A DNA stretch of 64,000 nt from positions 12,460,818 through 12,524,817 of the forward strand of contig OZ037772.1 in assembly GCA_964035545.1 (NCBI GenBank), read 5' to 3'. This document shows, piece after piece, positions 39,004 through 50,100 of this stretch. The position numbers were made by a program, and so were the translations under genes. The notes below the pieces were generated by a model that had not been told where the DNA came from, did no database searches, and saw nothing but the letters and a program-made list of their open reading frames with translations. Each line of letters opens with the position of its first letter. Positions within the stretch are counted from its first letter, which is position 1. Source of the DNA: Bugula neritina. Lineage: Eukaryota; Animalia; Bryozoa.

Positions 39004-39121
39004 AGGCAACTAGCTTGCCTCCCCTTCTTAACACTTTATGCGCTATAAAGCTATTATTTGGACTGGGCTAATGTTAGCCCTTGGTTGATTAATATTATTC
39101 CTCTATACCTCTAATATCAAT
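39004..39121 (+). ncRNA. Putative structured small RNA, cassette F
   Basis: AGGCAA/TTGCCT and CTTTAT/ATAAAG hairpins, ATTATTTGGA, GGGCTA-atgt-TAGCCC (39065-39080), then a weaker AT-rich stem. Confidence 0.55.
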
Positions 39122-39586
39122 TAGTACTCTACACATTTCTCATATGGCTATGATTGGGTTACATGTATGTGTAGAAAAGATCTTCATATAAATGGGCTAG
39201 TAGCAGTGCCAGTGTGACAATAATATTTGTTATAATAATATACTAAAAGTAAATATAGAATAGGCTCTTGTACAATATATGTACTTCTAAAGAAAACTGT
39301 CAACTTGTTCTAATCTTATTATTTTATTCTATTCATTTCCATTTTCAGTGCTCCTTTATTTAATTCTATGGTTCAACTAGTCTCATCATAGCTGAACTCG
39401 ACTAGCTGCAGTGCTATTACGCCATGGGCCTTGTCATTTTGTTTATTTTCCTCAACTGTATGTATTTTTCCGTCTGCGGCAAAATAAAACAAACAAACAA
39501 ACCATGCAAGTGTTCTTTTTTCTATTTTATTAGGAGTAATAAGTAATAACAATTGATAGCAGAGGTTTGCATGCTTAATCTTGAAT

Positions 39587-41389
39587 TCACTCTGTGAGTA
39601 TTCTTCCGTAGTAGTTGGCAATTTGAGGGATGGCAAACTCTTGGCTACACGACCCAAGGTGCTTCTCTAATGTCAAGGTCATAATGCACATGATTTCCTC
39701 GCCGGTACAGGTTTTACTGAGACTGGTTCGCACCGCTGCACTTTGCTGCTCTGACGCCTCATTTCTGTTGATCTCAGCTATCACTTTGTTCTGGGAATTC
39801 TCAACCTCAAGCACGTCTAGAATGTTGCCTGGAGTCGTCTGCCCACACGGAGAGTACGTGGTCTGGTGGAAAGTAACAACTATTTGGCAGTTTCTCCGTG
39901 CGAACCCGTCTTCATACTTGAATAAGGAACTGGCATTGACTGCTGCCGGCTTCACAGAGAGAGCAGCATCTTGCAGAAGGTTGGTTATGGTGAACAAGTT
40001 GCGACCGCTCGGCAGCTTTACTGTTACCTCCCCCTTAGAGGCAGCAACCCGATACTCTGCCACCATCATAAGCAGACCTTTCTGGGCATCTAAGATGTCA
40101 ATAAACTGAGTTCCCATGACTCTGTTCTCAGCTGCTAGCCTCACAACCATGTGACGCCCTCGCAGCCCAGTGATCACTTCAAACGCCGCCTCACTAGAGG
40201 GCGCCAGTAGCGGCGTGCTTTCACTCCAGCCGTCTGCGAGGTAGCAGGTGGGAACCGCCATGGCCGGTACATCCGAGCTGCACTCACCTGCCTGGTGTGC
40301 GCTGTACATGATAAATACTATAAGCAGTGCGTACTCACTCTGATTGGCTCTAGCAAATATCTGAATGCTAACTCTCTCGCTGTCGCTAGTAGCAAGGGCT
40401 GCTACATTTTCACAGCTGTCACCATGAGAAACAATTCTGAGACGTTTCTGACCGCTGTTAGTGCATAGAAACATTCTCTTTTCAGTTTTCAGAATCATGG
40501 TATCTTGACCGCAGTCGGGGGAGTTCTCTATCATCCCCACAGCTATGAGGTTAGCCTTAGCGAACAGGTAGGTGGAGTTAGAGTCGGGGGGTCCGGTTGT
40601 CGTGTAGTACTGTGTGATACCAGACCTGTCTATCATCTCCATCTGTCCAGAGTGTAAAGTGTAGCTGAGGGAACACTTTATCAAGTTATCATCACCAGGC
40701 TCCATTAAGGTGTAAGTCATGTTGCTACCATCCATGGTGCGAGTGTAGGGTATTAGCAACATGGTTGTGTTGTTTCGGAATGCTAGCGGTGCAGCCGTAC
40801 TTATAGGCTTGCCTGACTTCTCTGTACTCTGTCTGTGGGAGCTGTAGCATTGTGATGCCACAATCCTGTGACACAGCACGCTCTGTAGCTTTGTCAGTGC
40901 AACCTGAATGCCGTAGGATAAGATCAGCGTCTTGAGTTCCGGTAAACCCATTACCTTTTCGGTGAAGTGGAAGATTAGCACGTCGTTGGTGTAAGTCATG
41001 GAGCCAAAATCAATATTTCTCAGGCGCACGTTATACTGCAGACCGTCTCCATAGTCATCAATAAACTGACTCATTGCCTTTGGACTTGCAAAGTTTTGGC
41101 GCGCAAAGTACGCCGCGTCATTAATAACTGAGCCAATGGGGTTGTGGATTGATTCATAGACGTCGATGCGGCCATCTTCAACTTCGGCTCCTCTGATACA
41201 GAATCTGACCGCATGGTGCTCTCTGTCCTTTACTACCAGGTCACTGGTCCCGTGCTCTCTCTGACACATGTCAACTGCATTGTCACTCACCATCATAAAC
41301 AGGTTATCACCTGAGAAATGAGGTCGCAACTCCACGACGGAAATGCGACGCAAGTATTCCAAAGTAGGAAACATTGGCTGGGTAGCCAT
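39587..41389 (-). CDS. Intronless 600-aa distant paralog of the triple scramblase/tubby-like family
   Basis: FPTLEYLR vs YPSLEYLR; SDLVVKDREHHAVRFCI vs ADLVIRDREHANVRFCI; LKTLILSYGI vs IKALIISYGV. Three units, each ending in a hydrophobic helix. Confidence 0.85.
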   Translation of the reverse strand: MATQPMFPTLEYLRRISVVELRPHFSGDNLFMMVSDNAVDMCQREHGTSDLVVKDREHHAVRFCIRGAEVEDGRIDVYESIHNPIGSVINDAAYFARQNFASPKAMSQFIDDYGDGLQYNVRLRNIDFGSMTYTNDVLIFHFTEKVMGLPELKTLILSYGIQVALTKLQSVLCHRIVASQCYSSHRQSTEKSGKPISTAAPLAFRNNTTMLLIPYTRTMDGSNMTYTLMEPGDDNLIKCSLSYTLHSGQMEMIDRSGITQYYTTTGPPDSNSTYLFAKANLIAVGMIENSPDCGQDTMILKTEKRMFLCTNSGQKRLRIVSHGDSCENVAALATSDSERVSIQIFARANQSEYALLIVFIMYSAHQAGECSSDVPAMAVPTCYLADGWSESTPLLAPSSEAAFEVITGLRGRHMVVRLAAENRVMGTQFIDILDAQKGLLMMVAEYRVAASKGEVTVKLPSGRNLFTITNLLQDAALSVKPAAVNASSLFKYEDGFARRNCQIVVTFHQTTYSPCGQTTPGNILDVLEVENSQNKVIAEINRNEASEQQSAAVRTSLSKTCTGEEIMCIMTLTLEKHLGSCSQEFAIPQIANYYGRILTE

Positions 41390-41955
41390 TTTAACCTATT
41401 CCAGGTTTTAGTAATTGTTTTTTGATAGAATATGCATTTTTGTTGAAAAAAAGTTATTTTCTTCTAGAATCTTATAATAAATTAACATTGCATTAGTCAA
41501 ATTATTTAAATATTTCCTTCATTCATTACTGCATAGTTTATTTTATACATAAACAATTTATTTATCAATATAACGGTTGTTGGCATGTTGTTTCACATTT
41601 TGTTCTTAAGCTTTTATTTGTTGATGTTCAATTGTCTTGAAGAATATATTTTTCTTCTACTAGCTGTCTAGTCCTTTGCTCCTCCTTTTTATTTCTAGCT
41701 GCATTTAAAATACTAACAAATTTGTGTATTGATTTATCAACTTGGGCAATATGAATATTTAGGAGTTGTCTCTCTTAGCAAAATGTTAATACTAAAATCT
41801 TTAAATAAATATTTATTTTTTACTGTTTTTTTAAATTTCCAATGTTTCAAAAATTTAATTATTTTAATTTACTTATAAAAATATAATATATTTTATATTT
41901 CTTTGCAAATTACTACATTAAATAATTTATTACACTTTTATAGTAAAATATGATC

Positions 41956-42062
41956 ATACTACTTACTATCGCACGCGCCAGTCGTATGGCCACGTTTATA
42001 GTCTCACATCCCTGTGAGTTTTTTTATGATGGAACTTTTGCAGGGAGGCACTTCAGCCTCCT
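41956..42062 (+). ncRNA. Putative small RNA with U1-like topology, cassette G
   Basis: Upstream TTTAGGAGTTGTCTCTC (TCTCTC at 41769) with ACAC at +163. Then ACTTAC, closing helix CTATCG/TGATGG, hairpins GCCA/TGGC and CTCACA/TGTGAG, AACTTTTG, GGAGGC-acttca-GCCTCC, followed by GTTTATTGTTAAA. Confidence 0.5.
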
Positions 42063-42995
42063 AGTTTATTGTTAAATTAATATATAATTCCTCACTTACA
42101 ATATTCCCACTGGCATGGGTAAATGCGGGCCAGGTATTACTCTATCAGTTGAAGGTGTACATAACATTAGTTGTAAGTCTAGTAATTTAATTGATAGTAA
42201 CATATTATTTTACTCTACATTTAGATCTTTTCTGGATAGCAATCTCCCATTAGTAAGTGCTTATTTATCTATTCAGTAGATAAAGAAATTTTTACTTAGC
42301 TGAGAATTATTGAAGAATGCAATTTATATAGACTCAAATCTTACTTTTGTCTTCATTAGCTTATAGCTGAAACTAAATTGTGAGCATTACATCACATGTG
42401 GTTAGCTAAAGCAGTGCACATTTATCAAAGATTATTAATGTGAGAGTTATTCTCTAACTACCAGTTCTGCTGCATTCTTTATCTCTCTTTTAGGTCAAGG
42501 TCAATTTTGAAGTCAATGCTATGACTATCCATGCAACTTCCATGTAGGCCTGAGAATAAGATAAATATAACAAATAGTAATCACTTTGCTGATTCATTCA
42601 GTCACCAGTTTATCTCTTTCTGGTTTGACAAGAACTGATATTGTCATCAACAAATCAGAAGGGGTGAAGCCAGAAGGAGTGGAGCCAGGGAGATTATTTT
42701 ATAACCAAACATTCAAGTTTTATTTATAATTCATAACTGACTTTATTTCCTACTATTAGCATAATTTCATGTATTGCATCGCAAGCTTTTGGAAATTATA
42801 TTTAAGAGGAGAGCATGAGTAGTATCTACTAACATGAAGAGAGTTTCCAGAGCCTTACACCCCTGAACATCTGAGGGGGTAGGGGTCAGGAAGAATAAAA
42901 CATGAACTTTGACCTTGTTTATCATTTGAACATATTATCCCACTCCTCAGCTATTTGCTAGGGCTGTAGAGGGAAGTGAGAGGAGAGCTGAAATA

Positions 42996-45900
42996 ATGGC
43001 CGGACTGCAACTACGTTAGTTTTTCTGTATTATTATATGTTATTAATAAAAATGATATTACTAATCTTTACTATGTATTATATTACTACTCTTCATTATA
43101 TATTATATTACTATATTATTCAGTATATTATATCTTCACTATAAAGTTATGTGATAGAATGACGGCGAGGGACGGTGATTTGGTATCCCTTTTCTTGCAG
43201 GTCTAGGTGTCACGACCCTGAGTCTAAGCGATGCAGATTGCACTCTCCTTCTACAGGCATCCATTGCTGTCACTATTCTGCTTGCTGCCGTACCCTGTGT
43301 TGTTCTATGTGCTATTTACTATAGAAGGCTAAGGTTAGTCCTGTGCTATTTATTATAGAAGGCTAAGGTTAGTCATGTGCTATTTACTGTAGAAGGCTAA
43401 GGTTAGTCCTGTGCTATTTATTATAGAAGACTAAGGTTAGTTCATGTGCTATTTATTATAGAAGGCTTAGGTTAGTCCTGTGTGCTATTTACTATAGAAG
43501 GCTTAGGTTAGTCCTGTGCTATTTATTATAGAAGGCTAAGGTTAATCCTGTGCTAGTACAGTTCACTAACACCAGGTACTGGTGTGTCCTGGGATGTATT
43601 GTATTGTGTTATACCAAAAGTATATATTACTACTTCAGTATAAAATATATAAGATATTTCCTCACCCATATATTCAAATGCTTTATATTACATAATTAGT
43701 ATATTATATTATATAAAATTTTATTATATTATATTATATAATTCTTATATTCCCGAGCTTCATTTAATAATTGATTAAGTTCTAATAATAATGGTTAAAG
43801 TAGGCGATTAGCAAGGCAAGTTCAACCTATCATCAGCTACTGGAATTGTCAACTCTCTGTAAAACTGGTTGTATAGTAAGACTACTTATTTCCCTTCAAA
43901 GCTGCTAGATAGATTGAACATACATATTTATGTCTTTCAGATCAAAGAGAAGTACGGAGCGGTACAAAACCACCCCAACATTAGAAATACCGGACTCCAC
44001 ACTAGCTGGACATGAAAGGTATGCTATGGTAGAAATGCCACCCGCAGCCTCCCCCTCAATCCAGGATCTCTACCAGCAAGGTAATGGTGCAGAGTAATTC
44101 TTCATGGCTCTTCCAAACTTCTACAAAGTGCTACTGCCATCTGTAAAACTCATGCTAACTTTCTACACAATAATTGGATACATAATATCATATCCAGGAC
44201 TTGACTTACCCTTTTGACTTGAATATCATTCACGAATTAGATTTGGGACTTTTGATTCAACTAGTTCCGTGTCATTTCTACTCTGTGAAAAGATTTATTA
44301 ATTTCTTTACCAGCTAGAGATTGGATAAAAGGACAATCAGCACTGGGTGGCTACAACATGGCATTCTAATCTAATGTTGATAAACCCAGACTGTATGCTA
44401 ATAACATGAGCAGAGATTTTCGTATCTTAGTCCACCATAGCATCTTTCTGTCCATTCATTGCATGAAAAAGGAATTTTTGTCACTAATAGTGAAGCTCTA
44501 ATGTAGTTCCAAATCATGTAATAATTTCTAGTACTGTTGTGTTATGCATTCTTACAAGCTTTAAGCAGCTTCACAAGTTGAGTCGCAACAAAGCTATTGT
44601 TATTATTATTGAACACTTCGATACCTGCAGGTGAGTCCTCTCCAGGTGCAGAGGGTGATCCTGATTTACCAGTCACCAGTTTCAGCAACACAATCTACTT
44701 CTCTACCCCAAGGTATGCCAAGCTATGTATAGCTACTCAAAGTGTGCATAGGGGGGGACACTCTTCTATTGGTTTACCAGTTTCATTTATTGACTACTTT
44801 TACTGTTTAACAACTTAATTAGTTATTTCAAACTTTCTTAGTCTGCAACTTTTATGTGGTTGAGAAAAAGTGACACTGAAGTTTAGCCAATTTATCTGCT
44901 TTTTGAAAATATGACAGGTAAATGATGTATATGTGTACAGTTTCACATTATACTCTTTGCTATTTTGGAAATAACTATTATATAGGGTTTATCTAATTTA
45001 AAGGTTGCGTGATTGAAAACTCATTGCTAGTATCTATATTAGTTAGTCAATCAGTCAGTCTGTCAGTCAGTCAGCTGGCTAGTCAGGTATTGAAGTAGTA
45101 TCAACTATTAGGGTTACACCTACACTCACATAGTATAATAAATATTCATTAAATTAGTAATTATGTCCCGCAGGAATACCGACTTTACCAACCTCACATT
45201 CCGTAAGACTGCAGAGCAAGATGGAGCAAAAGTCGTCAAGCCGAAAGAAGAAGCTATTTATGCTGGTCAGTTTAACACTGAGACTCAGTTCTGGTTATGA
45301 TATTAAACTAGATATCAGATTGTTGTAGTGGGCTGATTTTAACATGCTATATTGTGTCAACAACAATAACTTGCTATATTGTGTCAGCAACAATAACTTG
45401 AACATCAACATGTATAGTGTCTTATTCAGTATTTCACTTTTTGAAAATAAGGAGATAAATAACCAAATTCATCATGTTACTAATTTAAGGACAATAAAGC
45501 CATCACCTAACAGAGCTGTAGATCTTGTTCTATATTACAGAACCTGACGTGCCCCAACCAGGGGTAAGTAAATCCGAACCCGAGACTGCAGGCGTTTACG
45601 CTTATATTGATCCAAAGAGTTTGAAGTCTGCGAGAAACAGACATCCTGTTTGTCCAAGTAAGGGAGGACAACTCGTAGTGCCAAGTAAGTATATAGATTT
45701 TAATATAGCATAAATTACTTTATTCTACATATTAATGAGCAGTGTCAGGTGTATCAGTTCATCAAAAGAAACTATCAAAATAAAAGTTTAGTTGAGATGC
45801 TTTTAAGTTTTGTGACTTTTTAATTGTAAACTTTTGCAACTGGTTGCATGTGAAATAATAAAATCATGTTTTATTTATTTGAAAGATTTCCAACTGCCCT

Positions 45901-46290
45901 TCATGCAATAAAATTATTTCTTCAACATGTTTGAGCAGTTGTCTTCTCTCTGTTTTATTAGCTCCACCCCAGAAGCCTGCAGCTAAACTAAAAGCTGTTG
46001 ATGTGGATCTGACATCACCAAAAGATGTGAATGTGGATATGACATCATCAGAAGGTGTGAAGTTGGATATGACATCATCAGAAGATGTGAAGTTGGATAT
46101 GACATCATCAGAAGGTGTGAAGTTGGATATGGCGTCGTCAGAAGGTATGAACGTGGATGTGACATCATCAGAAGATGTGAATGTTTACATGGTTATATCG
46201 GATAGTACGCCAGCTGATATACCATCAGAAGACGTGAAAATTGATATGACATCATCAGAAGATGTGAATATTGATATGACATCATCATAA
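42996..46290 (+). CDS. Single-pass membrane protein with a tyrosine-motif cytoplasmic tail and C-terminal 10-aa repeats. Exons 42951/42996-43014, 43201-43333, 43941-44080, 44631-44712, 45174-45265, 45541-45684, 45962-46290; true 5' end uncertain
   Basis: Seven phase-consistent exons: MAGLQLRLGVTTLSLSDADCTLLLQASIAVTILLAAVPCVVLCAIYYRRLR (TM plus basic stop-transfer), then YAMV, NTIYF, EAIYAEP, GVYAYI and DMTSSEDVKL-type repeats. Confidence 0.75.
43309..43555 (+). repeat. 34-bp minisatellite (~7 copies) duplicating the exon end plus donor
   Basis: Unit gtgctattta(c/t)tatagaaggctaag|gttagtcct; the first copy lies in the TM exon. Confidence 0.95.
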
Positions 46291-47188
46291 GATGTGCAAA
46301 ATGCAGCCTATTAATGCTAAGTATAATAGTTGTTCAGTTTAAGCTGATTCACCATCCAATAAGATTGCATAAAATATTCAGTTTACTTGCATACAGATAC
46401 TAACCAACTTGAATAGTATATCTTACATGACAGCTGTTTAACATTATTCAACTCAAACTATCAGTATTACAGTAAGCATAGGTATAAGATTTATAGGCTT
46501 TTCTGTTGGTAAAAATTTAAAGTATATAATATCTATTTGTATATATAAGACTGCTGTCCAATGAGGTCACACTTATACCTGGTATATGTTTGATATTCAA
46601 CTCTCTACTAATTCTGTTTCAAATGACAATGTGTTTTTGTTGAAGAGTTTATTTATTATATATTAACACATTAACATAAGTGACTATTCTATAATATTAG
46701 CTGTATAGTTAGTGCTCTATTCGACATGAACTTGCTTTAAGTTTACTTGAGATAATAAATACGGTGAGTGTAAGGAATATTTTACTTTATACCAGGAGTG
46801 AAATGCATCTGCTGGAGAAATTGTTAGAAGTAAAATTAGCAATAAGACCTGATAAGATTGTCTAACATGTAGAGTTTGTGTAGGAGTATGTAAAATGGGT
46901 AAAGTTGGAGTTGGGCACACATTGGGGTCAAAGGTGAGACCCAGTTTCAGAAGAGTTATATTAGGATAATTCCTTCTAAGAAGTTGCCATGAAGTTAGGT
47001 TTGAAAGTCCCTACTTTTTACTGACAGGTACATCATGCAGTTAGGCTTTTCTCATTCCTAAGACTCCATGCTGATTGGGTTAAGGTCTAGCAGCTTCATG
47101 ATAATTGGTTAATTTACTGGATACTTTAAACTAACTGGCAAGTAAAATAGCCAGGTATTAGCAAATATCAAAGTGTATGAAGTGACTA

Positions 47189-50100
47189 CTAGTCCACATT
47201 TTCAGCAGAATTCTCATTGGCTGCATCATTAAAAGCTGGAGTTTCATTGGCTGTGTCATTAGTTGCTGGTTTGTCAGAGATGGCAGAATTATTGGGTGGA
47301 ACATCATAAAGATTAGCATCAGTAGCTGGACTACCATTGGCTGTACCATTAGTAGCTGGACTATCATTGGCTGTGCCATTAGTAGCTGGACTATCATTGG
47401 CTGGTGGTGACCTTTGTAAAATGCATGATATTGTTAAAATATGTATTTCTAATTTTAGTAAAGTGTAGCAGACAAAGTTTCACAAAACATGAAAACTCTT
47501 AACTGAAAACTAAAGACATTTCAATTATAAACAAAAAAACCATTCTGAAACTTTCTAATCTCTCCACTGCACGTGGAATATAAGCTTAGGGCTGCATATG
47601 AGAGAATGGTAGACAAGATACATAGTTCAGCCTTTTACCTATGGGTTTAGACTTAGTACCATTCGTTATAGCAGTCATATATTTACTGGGTGTCAGTGTA
47701 AACATGTACTTATGAGCAGTGGTCAAGGAACAGAGGCAATGGTGGAGGATTATCACTATTATCACTAATCTGGCCCCTAAGATTCTATGGGCCTCAAATA
47801 TCTAATCAAAGATCCATCTTGCTTATTTGTTCAAGTCTGTCATCTTATTTCAGGCTGTAAGTCTAATCATTGTTTGTGAAAGATAAACTTGAAAGTGAAA
47901 AGAAACATTTAATTAATTGTCAATTTTAAGTATGAAAATAGTAATCATTGTCCCTTGTGTACTGTGTATGTACAAGCATCTATCAGGCTGCTTTGGGGAG
48001 TTTTAAATAGAATAATATGATTTATTATATAATTTATATTCACTGGTTGAAAATAGTTTGTATTCATCTTTATAATTCCACAAATAAAAACCAGCACAAA
48101 TAATACACAGTGACTTGAAAGAGGTTAGCAGAGTGGGCAGATAAACTGCCATTTCAGAAGCTATTGAAATAAGGACAATGGCTATATGCTGAAGAGAGTG
48201 TTTTGGCTTTTTACATTCCACAAAGCTTTATTCATTATTTAATCACTAATTTCACATGCACCTTATTGTATACAAGCCTAAGCTAAGAGGAAAACAAATA
48301 GGGACACCCTCTACATACCCCCTCACTTTGACCACAGCTTGGTGTACTTACGAGGCTGCTGAGAAAATGGGTGTGGCAGTAGAGACCTTGACCTCAGAGT
48401 CAGACTGCACTACGACAGCATCTAGGTCGGTGATTGCTGCTGAGGGTTCAACTGACCGGGTGCTGGGAGTAGAGTTCTTCCTGAAGAGTGTGGCGTCTTC
48501 TGAGAAGCTGTGAGTGGCTCGGGAGATGGGGTGGTACACTGACGTCCCCTCATATCTCTGCATCGGGTAATCGACTAGAGACCTGGAGTGAACTTCTTCT
48601 TTACTTCTGCACCTGTGAGAGTAGGTATTGAGTATATACTTACTCTCACAGAGTATATATACTTACTCTTACAGTATAACTTACTCCTACAGTATAACTT
48701 ACTCATACAGTATAACTTACTCATACAGTATAACTTACTCCTACAGTATAACTTACTCATACAGTATAACTTACTCCTACAGTATATACTTACTCATACA
48801 GTATATATACTTACTCATACAGTATATATACTTATTCCTACAGTATATATATTTACTCATACAGTATATATACTTATTCCTACAGTATATATATTTACTC
48901 TTACAGTATATATATTTACTCCTACAGTATATGTACTTACTCCCACAGTCTATATACTTACACTTACAGGATATATATTTACTCCTACAGTGTATACTTA
49001 CTCATACAGTATATATACTTACTCATACAGTATAACTTACTCATACAGTATAACTTACTCATGCAGTATAACTTACTCATGCAGTATAACTTATTCCTAC
49101 AATATATATACTTACTCATACAGTATAACTTACTCATACAGTATAACTTACTCATGCAGTATAACTTATTCCTACAGTATATATACTTACTCATACAGTA
49201 TAACTTACTCATACAGTATAACTTACCTTTACAGTATAACTTACTCCTACAGTATATGTACTTACACTTACAGTATATATACTTACTCCTACAGTATAAC
49301 TTACTCCTACAGCATATATACTTACTCCTACAGTATATATATTTACTCCTACAGTATATATATTTACTCCTACAGTATATATATTTACTCCTACAGTATA
49401 TATATTTACTCCTACAGTATATGTACTTACTCCCACAGTCTATATACTTACACTTACAGGATATATATTTACTCCTACAGTGTATACTTACTCATACAGT
49501 ATATATACTTACTCATACAGTATATATACTTACTCATACAGTATATATACTTACTCATACAGTATATATACTTACTCATACAGTATAACTTACTCCTACA
49601 GCATATATACTTACTCCTACAGTATATATATTTACTCCTACAGTATATATATTTACTCCTACAGTATATGTACTTACTCCCACAGTCTATATACTTACAC
49701 TTACAGGATATATATTTACTCCTACAGTGTATACTTACTCATACAGTATATATACTTACACTTACAGTCTATATACTTACTCCTACAGTATAACTTACTC
49801 CTACAGTGTACGTGACAAGACGCTAACTCACTGATAACACCACTGGTTCTTCACGCAGCAGATAGTCAGCATGATAAGTATGAAGAGGAGGACAGCACCG
49901 GCTGTCACACAAACAGGTATGACGTATGGAGGTAGGTTTGCTTCTATCTCTACAGGTATTATACAAAGTAGTTACACCAGAATGGTGCTTTGAATCTTGT
50001 GTTATAATTACAAATTACATAATTACAATTATCATTACAAGGGTGTTACAAGTGTTATATAAATTCCTATTAGTAGACTAAGATTTTGGACTTTGAAGTT

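Noticed and set aside
34890-39121. Cassettes as spliced-leader RNA genes or histone 3' stem-loops
   Set aside because: No shared leader sequence or conserved G|GU donor across copies; the loops are not the histone UUUC type and there are no histone ORFs.
39630-40109. 159-aa ORF on + and similar antisense ORFs over the 636-aa and mucin genes
   Set aside because: Shadows of real coding sequence on the opposite strand.
48588-49815. 401-aa and other Tyr/Ile-rich ORFs
   Set aside because: Satellite translations antisense to a mucin intron.
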